From assembly GCA_030265395.1 (NCBI GenBank), contig JARFYF010000112.1, positions 20,384,368-20,448,367 on the forward strand: 64,000 bases of DNA. The letters run 5' to 3'. Position numbers and translations under genes: made by a program. This DNA is from Rhina ancylostomus. Taxonomy: Eukaryota. A model generated the notes under the pieces. It worked only from the letters and a program-made list of their open reading frames with translations, did not search any database and was not told the DNA's origin. Of this stretch, positions 34,001 through 46,600 are shown in pieces. Position 1 is the first letter of the stretch; each line of letters begins with the position of its first letter.

Positions 34001-37000
34001 AGTGCATTGTACACACTAGTGCTGCATTTCATGATTACCTGCTATGCTGCCACAAAATTGTCTTGGGATTCCTCTCATGCTTGTTTATCATTGTCAGGCC
34101 AAACCAAATAGGAGCCTGTGCTTGCATTCCTGAACCAAGGGCATGGTCTGACCCAGAAAACTGAGGTACACAGTACACTTTGGACTTGCTGCTTTCTCCC
34201 ACCAGTGCTATGGAGTGTTCAGGAACTTGGCTTCAAGATATGGTAATAAAGGAAACAGGCCTCAAAATGCACTTTGTGGTACTTTCATTTCATAATTAAT
34301 TCCTTTTAAGAGGAGTTTTTGAAGAGTTTCTTCATGGCTGTGTGACAAATTGAATTTAGAAATAAAGCAAGTGGCAGCTCATGTAAGAATCCAAATGGGT
34401 CAAACAGTGTCATTTGGAAAGGAAACTAGTCTTACCTCATCTGGTTCATATCTGACTCCATCCACTCATCATATGATTGATTCAAAAACTGCCATCAAAC
34501 CAGCATTGCAATGTACTCTGTTGCAGAACAAGTTATTAATTACTGGCCTTTCCAGTCCTGAGTGTGTATGTAAAATAGAATGTAGATGTGGCTGGGTAGA
34601 AAATGATCCTCAACAGTTTATGGCTATGCTTCTTGTTTGGATGGCTCTATATACACAAGAGGAAAGTGTGGAATATATATAAGGAACCTTGGAAACTACC
34701 TTTATGAACTCTATTTTAGGATGCATCCACACGTTCATTTCCTGTGAAACTTTGTCACCTAATGTTCTCAACTGTTTTCTCAGTGGTGTAAAACTATGAT
34801 CATATTTTCAAGGTGATATTTTCCATACATGGAAAAAGATTACTGAGTAAAGTAAAATTCCAGGGTACACTTCTCTAAAGCAGCAGAATAGTTTTGCAAT
34901 GAAAATATTTAAGTGTTTGAGACATGTCTGTGGTTTGTTGCCTGGTCAAAGAATCTAAAAGTAGAATATCTTTGAAATTATTTTCTATGTATGTCTTGTT
35001 AAGGTAGGAAGGCAATAATGGATCATTTTCCTTTATTTCACTTTCCTAGTATGTTTCATCATTACAATTTCACCTTGTTCCTGCTGGTGTGAGCTTTGCT
35101 GGTTAATATTACAAATATTATCCAACTGACTATATCGAGAAGGGATGAGATTCTCATGAGGCTGACTCCATGCACATGGAGTCGCTGGTCTTGGAATGAA
35201 TCAAATACTTCTATTGTTTGAATGCTACTGAATGAAGTGTTGAGATATACAAACAATATTTTGAACACTCACTTTTGAGTAATGCAAAAAAGGTTGCTAA
35301 TTAGGCATGTCTTAATTATCAAGGAACTGAATTGGAAATAGAATTTCCTTGTAGGACAGAGCACAAGATTAACCATGTAATGTAATCAGCATACATCTGC
35401 ACAATTAAATTGAAGTTATGATCAAGTGACATTTTGGTGTGTGTGGCTGCACACGTCTGTGTGTGGTTACCGAAACTTTTTGCTGAAGTACAGAATTGGA
35501 TTTGAATTATTTTTTGTGCTCACTAATTAGCAAGCTAAGCTTAAGTGACACTTCTGGAATATCTTGTTCACAGCAAATATGCTATAAGAACCAGTACATT
35601 TGGCATATTCAGTATGTTCTTTAATATGCTTCAGCACATTATCTTGAACACGTAGGACAAACAATTTCCTCAGTTAATAGATATTCAGGTAAAACTTCAT
35701 TTATTGAAACAAAAACCATGACAAACATGTCATTGGATATTCTGCAAAGTAGCAGATTAAACAGCCAGTTTAACACACATTGTCTTGTTTAATTTTGAGG
35801 AACTAAAAACTGTTTACATACCACCAATATTTATTAATACAGTAATCAGTGATGTATTTAAAATTAGCACTTATAAAAAAAATTGATTTAAAATGCAACC
35901 CTGAGAATAGCTTTGTCACTCGCAAGTTCAGATTTCTCTCTTCCCCGATGATTAACATCAAGATTGGCAATAATAATTGACTATCTAATACATTATGTTT
36001 GCTATCAAAGTAAATACAAATGAGTTGCAAGAGGAACTTGCACTATTTTTCCCCAGAGGTAGAACATTTACAGATCAGTAAACATTAGTGTGTATTAGCA
36101 GTCTTCTTCACTACAAAACAAATGGGTAACTCAGCAAGTACTAACCCACAACTTTAAAGCTTAAATAGTAACCATTGACACAGTTCAATTAAGCTCAACA
36201 AACACTGTTATAAGATTAGTGATAAGGGATTGGAATAATGTTTCCAGAATTTGAGGATCAAAACATACTTTGAAGTAAGTGTGCCTGCAAGTGCTTAAAT
36301 GTGATATTGTTGCCTGGTATCATTTGAGTATTCCCACTTTGTACTTTTAAAAAAAAATGCATGAGAATCTGGCATACAAGCAAGGACAACTGAGCAATTT
36401 TACTGCAACAAATTAAATATTTTTTTTAAATTGGCCATTCATTTCAAAATAGTGCAAATAGTCACTGTCCCTTTTGATCACATGACAATTGAGTTACATA
36501 AGTTTGTTTTCTAAAAGTGATATTGAATAGACCCAGGACTTTTTTTTAAAAAAAGAGCTAAATGATGACAAAAAAAATAGATTTTAATTCTCATTTGCTG
36601 GCCCAAGTTTGATGTTGGATGTGGGTGGGGAAGCTATGGAGGGAGGAGTATTGTAACTCCCAGGTCCTATCTGCACACTACCAACCAGCTTCCCATCCAA
36701 AACTGACTACTGAAGTGGCAGGCAGAGAATGCTGTGATGCGTCTTGTGAAATTCAGAATTCCTGTTCAGGTTGATCTATATCTGCTAACACTTCCTCGCT
36801 GAGGGAAAAGTTAAAATTCAATCAACTTCCCACTAATGTAAAAGACAACTTACATTAATTATGAAGATGTTTACCTTCTTCAGATCAGCATGAAATCAAT
36901 GTCAGCAATCACCATTTAAAATGGCAAGCAGCACAGTTAAAGCAAGGATGGGAGTGGTAGATCCTAACAATGCATCATAAAGGACTCCCAGTCTTGTTTT

Positions 37001-37484
37001 ACCTGTTCTGGAAGGTAAAATCTTTTATTTCAGGTTCCAGGTATAAATAGAGTTTGGATAACATCTATTAACCAATGATCAATATGAATGATTTGGTCTT
37101 CATTCTGGTCCACTTGAGAAAGTGGATTTTTCTCCCCCACACTATTGTTAGAAATTGAAAACAGTAATTTACTTAGGAGCACTTTCCCCCCAAATATTCT
37201 AAGATACTGAAGAAAAATAAAATTTTACTGAAGACTCAGCAGAGCAGGTTCTTGACTCAGGCACACAAACTATAAAGCTGCCTTTATGTTTTAAACATTG
37301 TTATTGAACTGTGCACTCCCCTCCTCCTCCTCCCCCAAAGATATGCCAATACTTGGTATTGTTTTAACAAACTTCTGTAATCTTTTGCTTTATAACTGAC
37401 CTTTAGCATAGTTAAAGCTCCACAAGGTTTCAGTGTTTGCCAATTCTGCTTTCTTTTAGACATGCAAATTACTTCATTAAATTT

Positions 37485-39900
37485 AGCAACAGCAGCTTTA
37501 TTTATATAGCACCTTTAAATGTAGGAATATATTTAACCCCTAGTCAGGTAAAAATGAACAATATTAGGAAAGGTTCAAAATAGATTTCAAGTAAGGATTA
37601 TAAAGGAGAATTGTACTTGTTTGTGGGTAGCATTCTAGAGCCTAGGACCATTGTCTCAACTTTCCTAATGCTTACTGTAACTGAGATTCATTTAGAACAG
37701 ATGTCAATCAAGGTAACAGTAAAGGAGAAGGGCACAAGAGGTGGTGTTTGATGCCATATCTTCTGATAACTGCATCAAGGCAGCAGGTAGACAAGAAAAT
37801 AAGAAAATCAAATACAATTCCTTGGGGGATACGAGGCAAGTATGGTGGAGCTGGAAAGTAATCAGATTATGGGATGGTTAAGGGCAGAACAGGGGAAGAC
37901 AATTTATTGGACAATGTAATCCATCAGCAGCCACCAAACATGAGAGCTTGCAGAAGTCAGGAAAGGTTTGGTGGAGGCAGGGTGATAATTGCAAGAACAA
38001 ATGGGTCACAGAGTGATGGTTATTTTTGAAAAGGGATGATTGAGAATCCAAGAGATAACAGGTTAAGATGTCAAATAGCACAGAAACCAGCATAAACAGA
38101 CAGAAATATTCGGCTTAACATGAACAGAACTGAGAACAAGAGCTAGGTTTCATGAACGTGTGGGGCTTTGAGATGCAATGGATGGGAGGAAAACTAAAGG
38201 ACAATGCAGTTCAAGACTTCAAGAGAGGAACAGGTCTGTTTGATGTGGAAGGAGGGCATGCAGCAGAAGCAGCTAACTAGACAGCATGGGAGTTTGAAAA
38301 CAGTATTAAGTGACTTGGTGGACAAGTTACCCCACCGCTCTCCCCAGAGGTTGTCCAATGGTTTGGAAAGGACACAGCGGGGGTGGGGGTTCTTGTCTGT
38401 GATTGAGATGATGGAAACAGATTCTTTGCAAGATGGTGAGCCAGACATGATTACCATGAGAATGCATAGGAGTTTTCAGCAAGAGAGATTAAAAGAGTGC
38501 AGGGAAGCAGTGAAGTGACAAGATGGAGGTTGAAATCAGAGGATAAGGATTTGTTCACAACAGAAGCAGGAAGGGCATAATAATCTGAATGAGAAGGATG
38601 GATGGATGGACAATGGAAAACAAGACAGACAGCACAGAGGAATGGAAAGAGATGTTCAAAGAGGATGTTTGTAGAGTAAGTGGAAAGATATTCCAATGAT
38701 ATACTTCCATTGGCACTATAGGTCAAGTGACGCAAAGTATAGCTGTAGAGGTTGCAGTAATAAAGATGCGTTGTGACAAGATAAATTTCAAAACTGATGA
38801 CAATACAATTAAAACAAAGGCTGTGGATGGCAAGAAGCTTGTTCACAAGTGAATAATGTACCAGAGAGAATAGTAATATTTAATCTGTTGGCAGAACCCA
38901 AAGGGGTCTGCAGTATCCTTATAGAGACATAGACATGGAGAACAAGTGAGCTCAGGAGCTGACAGAGCAACATCAGCACTTTGCTACGAATTAATAAAAT
39001 GTGGGAAGTCAATGATCCATGAGTACTTCCTTGTGGTCAAGAATACCCTGAGTAAACGGCCTGGTTGATTAGTAGAGTACAAAAGTAAATCCAATATTCT
39101 AGCAAAGGAATGAATCAATAGTGTTGGAGAGTGTGAGGGAAAACAATAGCAGGGGAGCAGAATCCAGTAGGGCTACAGAAATTGTCAGAAAACTCAGACA
39201 TATGCAGTGGAAAAAGGCCCCTTTCCCCACTGGGTCAGTGTTGACATCAATCACCCATTTACACCAATCCCATTTTTGTTTTTATTTTCCATTGACTTCC
39301 CTCCGGTTCAACCATTCACCTACACAACTAGGGGCAATTTACAGTGGTCAATTAATCTACCAACATGCACGTCTTTGGGACGTGGAAGGAAATCGGAACA
39401 CCCAGTGGAAACCTATGTGGTCATACAGACAACATGCAAACTCCATGTACAAGCATCCAAGGAAATGGATTGAACAAAGGTTTCTGGTGCTGTGAGGCAG
39501 CAACACTTATCTGCCCCACTATGCTGCCCTTAGGTCATATTTATCTCAGCAGAGTGGGAAAAGCTACTGGTAGAGGAACAGAATACTGAAGGCTCAGGAA
39601 TAGTCAAAGTGTCCCAGTAGAGAAAATGTTTTTCCACAGAAAGTACTGATGATGGCACATGTCACTTTAAAACCCAGAAATCAGTAAAAGAGAAATTGAG
39701 TTTAGTGACAGTGCCTAGAACTGTCACAGCAAAAAGTATATATGAAAAAGACAGCAGCAGGTTTAATGGGGATCCACTGCAAGTTACAAATGATTACCTT
39801 AACTGTGTAGCAGAGCGTCACAGGAGCAGAGTCTGAAAGTGTAATGTAATAGAACAGCTTAACTCTGAAAGGAGGAGAATCCAGGAAGTCAAATTTGGGC
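37485..39900 (-). mobile_element. Long, very decayed L2-like LINE remnant
   Basis: Starts with an antisense L2-type tail (tttatatagcaccttt); purine-rich + strand; LDNLWGERWG... fragments. Confidence 0.5.
39195..39530 (-). mobile_element. tRNA-derived V-domain SINE nested in the L2 remnant
   Basis: Core gtctttgggacgtggaaggaaatcggaacacccagtggaaacctatgtggtc. Confidence 0.75.
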
Positions 39901-40174
39901 AGAGAGTTTCAACATTGAAGTAATAGTTAAACAAAAACTTCAATTCCCTGTGAATTTAGTTTACATTTACTTATCATTTGCAGCATTGCAAAAGACATGT
40001 CTTTTTTTTTAAAAAAATCACAAAACTGTCTATTGTCCAGAATGCATTCCCCCACAAAATTTGTGCATTGAAATCAAAATCATTGCGACTTAGCTGGCAT
40101 CTGGTTGGCCCATGAAGTCCTTGCTAGCTCTTTGCAATGTAATAGTGTAATAGTCACTTTTGTTTTTTCTGTTT

Positions 40175-40180
40175 TTTATT
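40175..40180 (-). terminator. Candidate proximal GDE1 polyadenylation signal
   Basis: AATAAA on the minus strand about 280 nt past the stop codon. Confidence 0.35.
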
Positions 40181-40459
40181 CCCCCCCCCCATAACCATAT
40201 AATTTACCACAAATGCCTATTCAATTCCCTTATCTATCAAAATTCCTTTTGATTCCATATCAAGTTTAGTGTATTGCTGCACTTATTTAATGTCAACATC
40301 ATGTTCATTTGACTGCATAATTGACACATTATTAAGGAACTTCTATAAACACAAAACAGCTTTCTCAATATCAAAGTACAAATAAAATGAAGAGACTAAT
40401 AAGCCTGTTTAATATACAACACCTTTGTGCATTTAGGCCATTAAATCTATACCAAAGTC

Positions 40460-40604
40460 TCAGGGAGGTGAACATTGTTTGACAAGGCTGTCAGTAATAT
40501 AAATACAGTGGAGGATATGTTCAAAGTATCGTTTTTCATCTGCATAATTTACAGTCCAGGCAACCACTTCAACTCCTCTTTCAGCCCAAAACTGCATGTA
40601 GTTC
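40460..40604 (-). CDS. GDE1: GDE1 exon 6, coding part (NYMQFWAERGVEVVAWTVNYADEKRYFEHILHCIYITDSLVKQCSPP*)
   Basis: Acceptor ctttccatag; WTVN and ITD motifs; TGA at 40462-40460. Confidence 0.95.
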
Positions 40605-43600
40605 CTATGGAAAGTGAAAATGGAGAGGTCAGTAAAACTGCTATAATCAATTTTTAAAACAATTATTTATTATTTCATTATGATGAGACCCTTGCAACTT
40701 CCTTTTCATAGCTAAATTGTGCTTACATGCATTCTTCTTTTACAAAGTCACTTTCTTCACCCTCTCTCTGATGTTAATGTTACACAATTAATGTTCAGGA
40801 ATTGAGTAGGGAAGTTTGCCAATCTTATTGCACAAGAAATCTGCCAAAATTCAAAGTCCAGTTGCAAGAAATGGAATGGAGATATTATATCTCAGCCAAC
40901 TAACAGCTATTACAGGTAATAATTTATTCACTTGACCTCATGATATTTACCATGATGACAGGATAGACTGATTATTAAGAACTTGTGCTGGGGCACATTT
41001 TTAGGTTCCCCCCACCCTCACAAAGTTAAATGTAAGGTTAGAAATCCTGAACTAGAATAGGTCATACAACTGTGAGACTGGTGAATAATTCAATCAAGAC
41101 CGATCTGCATCTTTCAGACTTCCACTGTCTTTCTCATGGAAAAGTATGTTTTGGCATCATCTCTGATTAGACCAGCTTTAACATTACGTCCCCTTTGTCC
41201 TTACAATATTTCCTAGGGCAGAGGAGTTATCTTTACTGACACTATCAACTTCATTTTTAAATGCCTTAGTCAGATCACCCTTAACGTTCAAGGTTTACAT
41301 CTAAAGTTGATGCAACCCATCTTCATAACTCAATCCCTTGGGCTTTAGTCTGGTGACTTGCTAAGCAAAACAACTTGCACCAGATCAAGAAAAGAAATGG
41401 AACGGCAAGGTCCCCCACTTTTTTTCCAATATTCTGCATTATAAGTTTAGTTCACTTTTTAAAAAATATATAGAGTTCATAAGTTCAAAAACTATGATTA
41501 TGAGATAACACTTCCATTTAAGAAAGCAAGAAGCATTGCATCAGAATTTGTCATTCATTTGTCACAACACCAGATCCAAGTACAGGCAAGAATAGTAATA
41601 AGCAACCTCATTTTAAAAAAGGACTTGTTTTTAATCAATTATATGAAAAGCCTGATGAAGCCTAACCTCAGCCAAACAGCTGCTCCCAACACACCCCAAA
41701 GATTTAATTAGATTGTTTTTTAAATCATCCTGCTTGGTTGGTCAATGCTGTACTAAATTTAGGACCAAATTTATGATGGCATATTATGAGCAGTTCATTT
41801 GGAACAGAATATATATAATTTGAATAGCTCGATGAGAAACTACAAACAGGTTGGATATTTATTTATATAAATTACTAAATTTATAGGAATTTACCATAAA
41901 TTTCAGATAACAAGAGTTACAGCAGAGGTCAGGAGTATTTGGACAAAAATTGGAATGTGGCATTATTGCACTCTAATTTTCAAATCATCTTATAATGTCC
42001 AATGGTTCTTAAAAATACTAAGATATTAAATAAAAGTACAATAACGTACCAGACATTCTCTTGAATATAGAATAAAGCTCCAAAAGTTGCCTGCTACAAA
42101 ATAATGAGAGGAAATGTGCTAAAAACTTGGTCTCCAAGTTCTAGTATTCTCCTACAAACTATTTGGGTTAGTTCATATGTAAAGTTAGTGGCATAAATGC
42201 AGTGTAGCTTTCATGTGACTTGGTGATTCATCAGGGGTAATGTGGGGAAAAATGCTGATACAGCCTTTAAACAAATCAAAACTCACTTTGAACAGTCAGC
42301 ACAAAGTTTTTGGAAGAATTTTGTTCCCTTCCAGTAAAATTAAATGTTACGGGTTTTGAACAACTCATATTTTGTAACCATTTTCCAAGGTCTTTTGAGC
42401 TCACGGATTTATCCAAGGAAATGTTCAGCACATTGGAAAGATTCCAGAAAGGCAAACCAAATCTCCTGAATGAACTGCAGAAAAGGAGCACCTGATCAAA
42501 TGCCTTCTGAAAATTGAAGTCCAGGGTGTACTTAAGTCTGGAAATGAGCTCAATAATTGATGTCACTACATCTGTCAGGCTGCCCCGTCACAGATTTTGG
42601 GTAGGATGGATGAGTTGGGATTTCCCAGTTTTACCCAGGGAAATCTGCCTCTATAGTCCTATACCAGTCTGGGGACTCTGACTTGGAGAGCAAGAGGAAA
42701 AATGCAAATTTGATTATTACTTTTANNNNNNNNNNNNNNNNNNNNNNNNNNNNNNNNNNNNNNNNNNNNNNNNNNNNNNNNNNNNNNNNNNNNNNNNNNN
42801 NNNNNNNNNNNNNNNNNNNNNNNNNTACTTTTAGTTGAACTAATGTTTTATTTAATGATTTAACATTTTTAATAATTTAAGAATTATTTAAAACCATTAA
42901 AATTATTTCAAATGTTCCCAAATATCAGGGGCTGAGGATTTCTCCCAATTTTGCCACTTGTTAAAGGGTGCAGGGCCTAAACAGTATGTTGGATGTGATC
43001 TAGTCACCATGGAGGCCAAGTCATGCTTCGTTAACTGCCTTTGAAATGAGTCAGGACAATTGGACACAGGTGTCAAGTTTAATAGGGATATGGGGAAGAG
43101 CACAGTGGAGGTAGGGGGGAGGAAGGAATGCAGGAGGGTGGGCAGAATGCTGAAATGAATACAATTCCACTTGCAAGTAAAGGTGCTGGAAGACTTGAGA
43201 ATAAGAATTGTGGAACTGCTTTTCATGAAGTTCAAAGTCACATGATGCATTGAAAGGTCACAATGACCTACAACAGAGTGCTAGCAACATATTCACAGAG
43301 GTTTAGTACATTCTCCCTCTGAAGCAATATGTTCATTCACCAATTCTGAAAGTTACAGCCATGAACACTATTAAACCAAGAGCCAGATCAACCAAAATGT
43401 TGTATCTTCTTACTAGAGTTTCATGGTCACAGTTTACTCCAATGTCAGAAAATAGGATGCAACTTTAAAGGATTAGTTTATGGGTAATAATGAATTAAAT
43501 CACGTGATAAAAAGTTTGGATGACTGGAAGAGAGTATCGCTGATATTCTCCAAAAATTATTTTGCATGGAACCTGATCTTAAAAGTATTAAATATTGCAG

Positions 43601-46600
43601 ATCTTTCCATAGCAATAAATTGTGAACTGCAGACACTAGTTTTAACAGCAGCAACATTACAGGAGGCACTTTACATGCAAGATAACACTCGCTTTTCTGT
43701 TTGGGTATATTTTTTATCCCCATTGATGCAAAAAGGATACACAGTCTTAAATCAGAATGTGTTTCATATCAGGCTATTTTACATCGTGCTCAGTTGATTT
43801 TAAATCAAAGACTCAATAGTATTAAAACTCCATGAATAATATATTTTGCTGAAAGAACCAGTTAAAATTTTGTAATACTTACAATGATATGAAATTCTTC
43901 TGCATTAAAAAGGCAGAAATACCTAGCAATTTCCACAAGAAAGCATGGTGGGACCAGTCCAAAATAACATCCAGCAACATGTACAGGTACTGCTTGTAGC
44001 CATCATATTTTGGTTTTCCATTCCCATGGTAACTCAGACTCCAGGGTCTATGGGTGAGAGCAGTCACTACATTCTGGTCAGCCTGCCTCATCTTGAATAG
44101 TGCATGAATGAAATAAATGTATAATTAGTTTGCACATTATTTCATATACAAACTTAACTAATCAATACAGCAACAATTCTATTTCAATATTTATGACAGC
44201 TTTTCCTAATGCAATACAACTTCCAAGTGCAATTATAGACGTAACATTATGTTGCTTTGATGGAAATTAAATTTTTTTTTAATACCTTGAAAATGACCAA
44301 AGGTTCAAATGAACACACAATGCTCCTGTTGTACAGTTCAGGGTATTCTTTGTACATCTCTTTCAAGGCAGCAGAGGCCTGAAAACAAAATTAAGCAACT
44401 TGCTGAGAATATTACACTAATGCCATATCTATGTTTGAAATATTATTTCAATTCTAACATTTATTAAGCTAAGAAGGAAGTCATCAGAGATGGCTTTACA
44501 AGATCTGGCACAGAACAGTAGACTAGTGAATACATTCGAGGAAATGCACTGAGGAATTTATATGGTGGAAGAATATTTTAAGGGAGGAAAGGAGGCAGGA
44601 GGAATTGATTTAGGTGGAGTTAGAAACAAAAGTCACCAAAGATGGACAATTGAGAGATTTTTTTTAAATGGCTCTTAGATGGTAGATAGAGAATAGGGGA
44701 TAAGGAAGAGGGAGCAAGATAAGATACTCAGAAGGAGGAGAAAGTGCCAGAGAGGCATGGATACACGACTCGTTAGTTAAACCCATTGTCTGTTCAATAG
44801 AGTATTAGCACAGGATACCTTTTCTCCCCCCTCCCCCTGACTTCCCACAAGTATTTTCACAATGAGAACACCAATGAAACATTGCATTCTGGGCAAGTCC
44901 AAAGAAGAATGACTGCACAACAATATTGGTCCTGACAGGCACAATGGCTATGATTTTCCAGTCAACTGAATGCTGACCCCAGCGATAAATTGAAACTTAG
45001 CAATACTAGAAATCACTGCACAAGAGCAGAACAGGGATTTGGCAAGCCAAAAAATGCCCATATTCTTTGAATGTTGGCAGCTCAAATCAAAATACTTCCA
45101 CAGCAACATAGATGACCCTACTATAGAAGGGGTTACACGTGACCTTCTCTAGGAAATGAAGCTGGGCAAGTGGTCGATGTGTCAGTGACAGGTGGCACTT
45201 TGAGACCAGTGACCATAATTTTATTAATTTCCAGATAGTTATGGAAAGAGATAGGACTGGTTCCCAATGCAAACTCCTAAATTGAGGGAGGGCTAATTTC
45301 AATGGCATCAGACAGGCAATGTGATGTCTGGCAGCAACTGGGAGATGGGAAGAACTCAGGGCCAGCATGTTTCTGTTAGTGTGAAGGGCAAAGCTGGCAA
45401 GATTTGTGAAACATGGCTGATGAAGGATATTAAGGGTTTGGTCAGGAAAAGGGAGGCATATGTCAGGTATAGGCAGCTAGAATCAAGCAAGTCCACTGAG
45501 ATGCATAGCGGGTATAGGAATACACTTAAGGAGGAACTTAGGAAGGCAAAAAGGAACCATGAGATATCCCTGGCAGATAAAATAAAGGAGAATGCTGAAA
45601 GATTCTATAAGGATAGTAGGAGTAGGAAGGAGAGAATAGGTCCACTGAAGGATCAATAGGAAATGAATGAAATCTTAAATGAATACTTCTCACCTGCATT
45701 TACTGTGGAGAAGGACATAGAAGCTAGTGAGTTCAAGGGAGAGAACAGTGATGCCCTGGAGCATATCAACATTATGAAGCAGGTGGTGTTGGAGGTCTGA
45801 AATGCATAAAAGTGGATAAATCCCTGGGGCCTAACCAGGTGTATCCTAGGATGTTAGGGGAAGCAAGGGAGGGGATTGCTGGAGCATTGGCAGAGACTTT
45901 TGCAACTTCATTAGCCATGGGTGAGGTATTGGAAAACTGGAGAAAACTAATGTTGTGCCTTTGTCTAAGAAGGGCAACAGGGATAAGCCAGTGACATCAG
46001 TGCTGGGAAAGTTATTGGAAGGGATTCTGAGGGACAAGATTTATTTGCATTTGGAAAGGCAAGGACTGATTAGGGATGGCTTTGTGTGTGGGATATCATG
46101 TCTCAAATTAGAATAAAAATTTTTTGAAGAGATGACCAAGAGGATTGACAAGGGCAAGGTGGTAGACTTTATGTACATGGATGTTAGCAAGGCCTGTGAC
46201 AAAGTCCCACATGGTAGTCTGGCCCAGAAGGTTAGAATACATGGGATCCAGGGCAAGCTAGCCAGTTGGATACAAAATTGGTTTGGTGGTTGGAGGCAGA
46301 GGTTTTGTTTCCAGATTGGAGGCCTCTGACCGGTGGTGCGCCACAAGGATCAGTATTGGGTCCTCTGTTGTTTGTCATATATATTAATAATTTGGATGAG
46401 AATGTAGGTGATGTGATTAGTAAGTTTGCAGATAACAACAAAATTGATGCTATTGTGGACAGTAAAGCAGGTTGTCTAATGTTACAACAGGATATCATGC
46501 AACTGGGATAGTGAGCAAAGGAGTAGCAGGTGGAATTTAATTCAGACAAATGTGAGATAATGCATTTTGGCAAGTTAAACCACAGTAAATGGCAGGGTCC

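Noticed and set aside
35062-35268. 68-aa minus-strand ORF with a hydrophobic stretch between TMC5 and GDE1
   Set aside because: Non-ATG start, no linked exons and no recognisable homology
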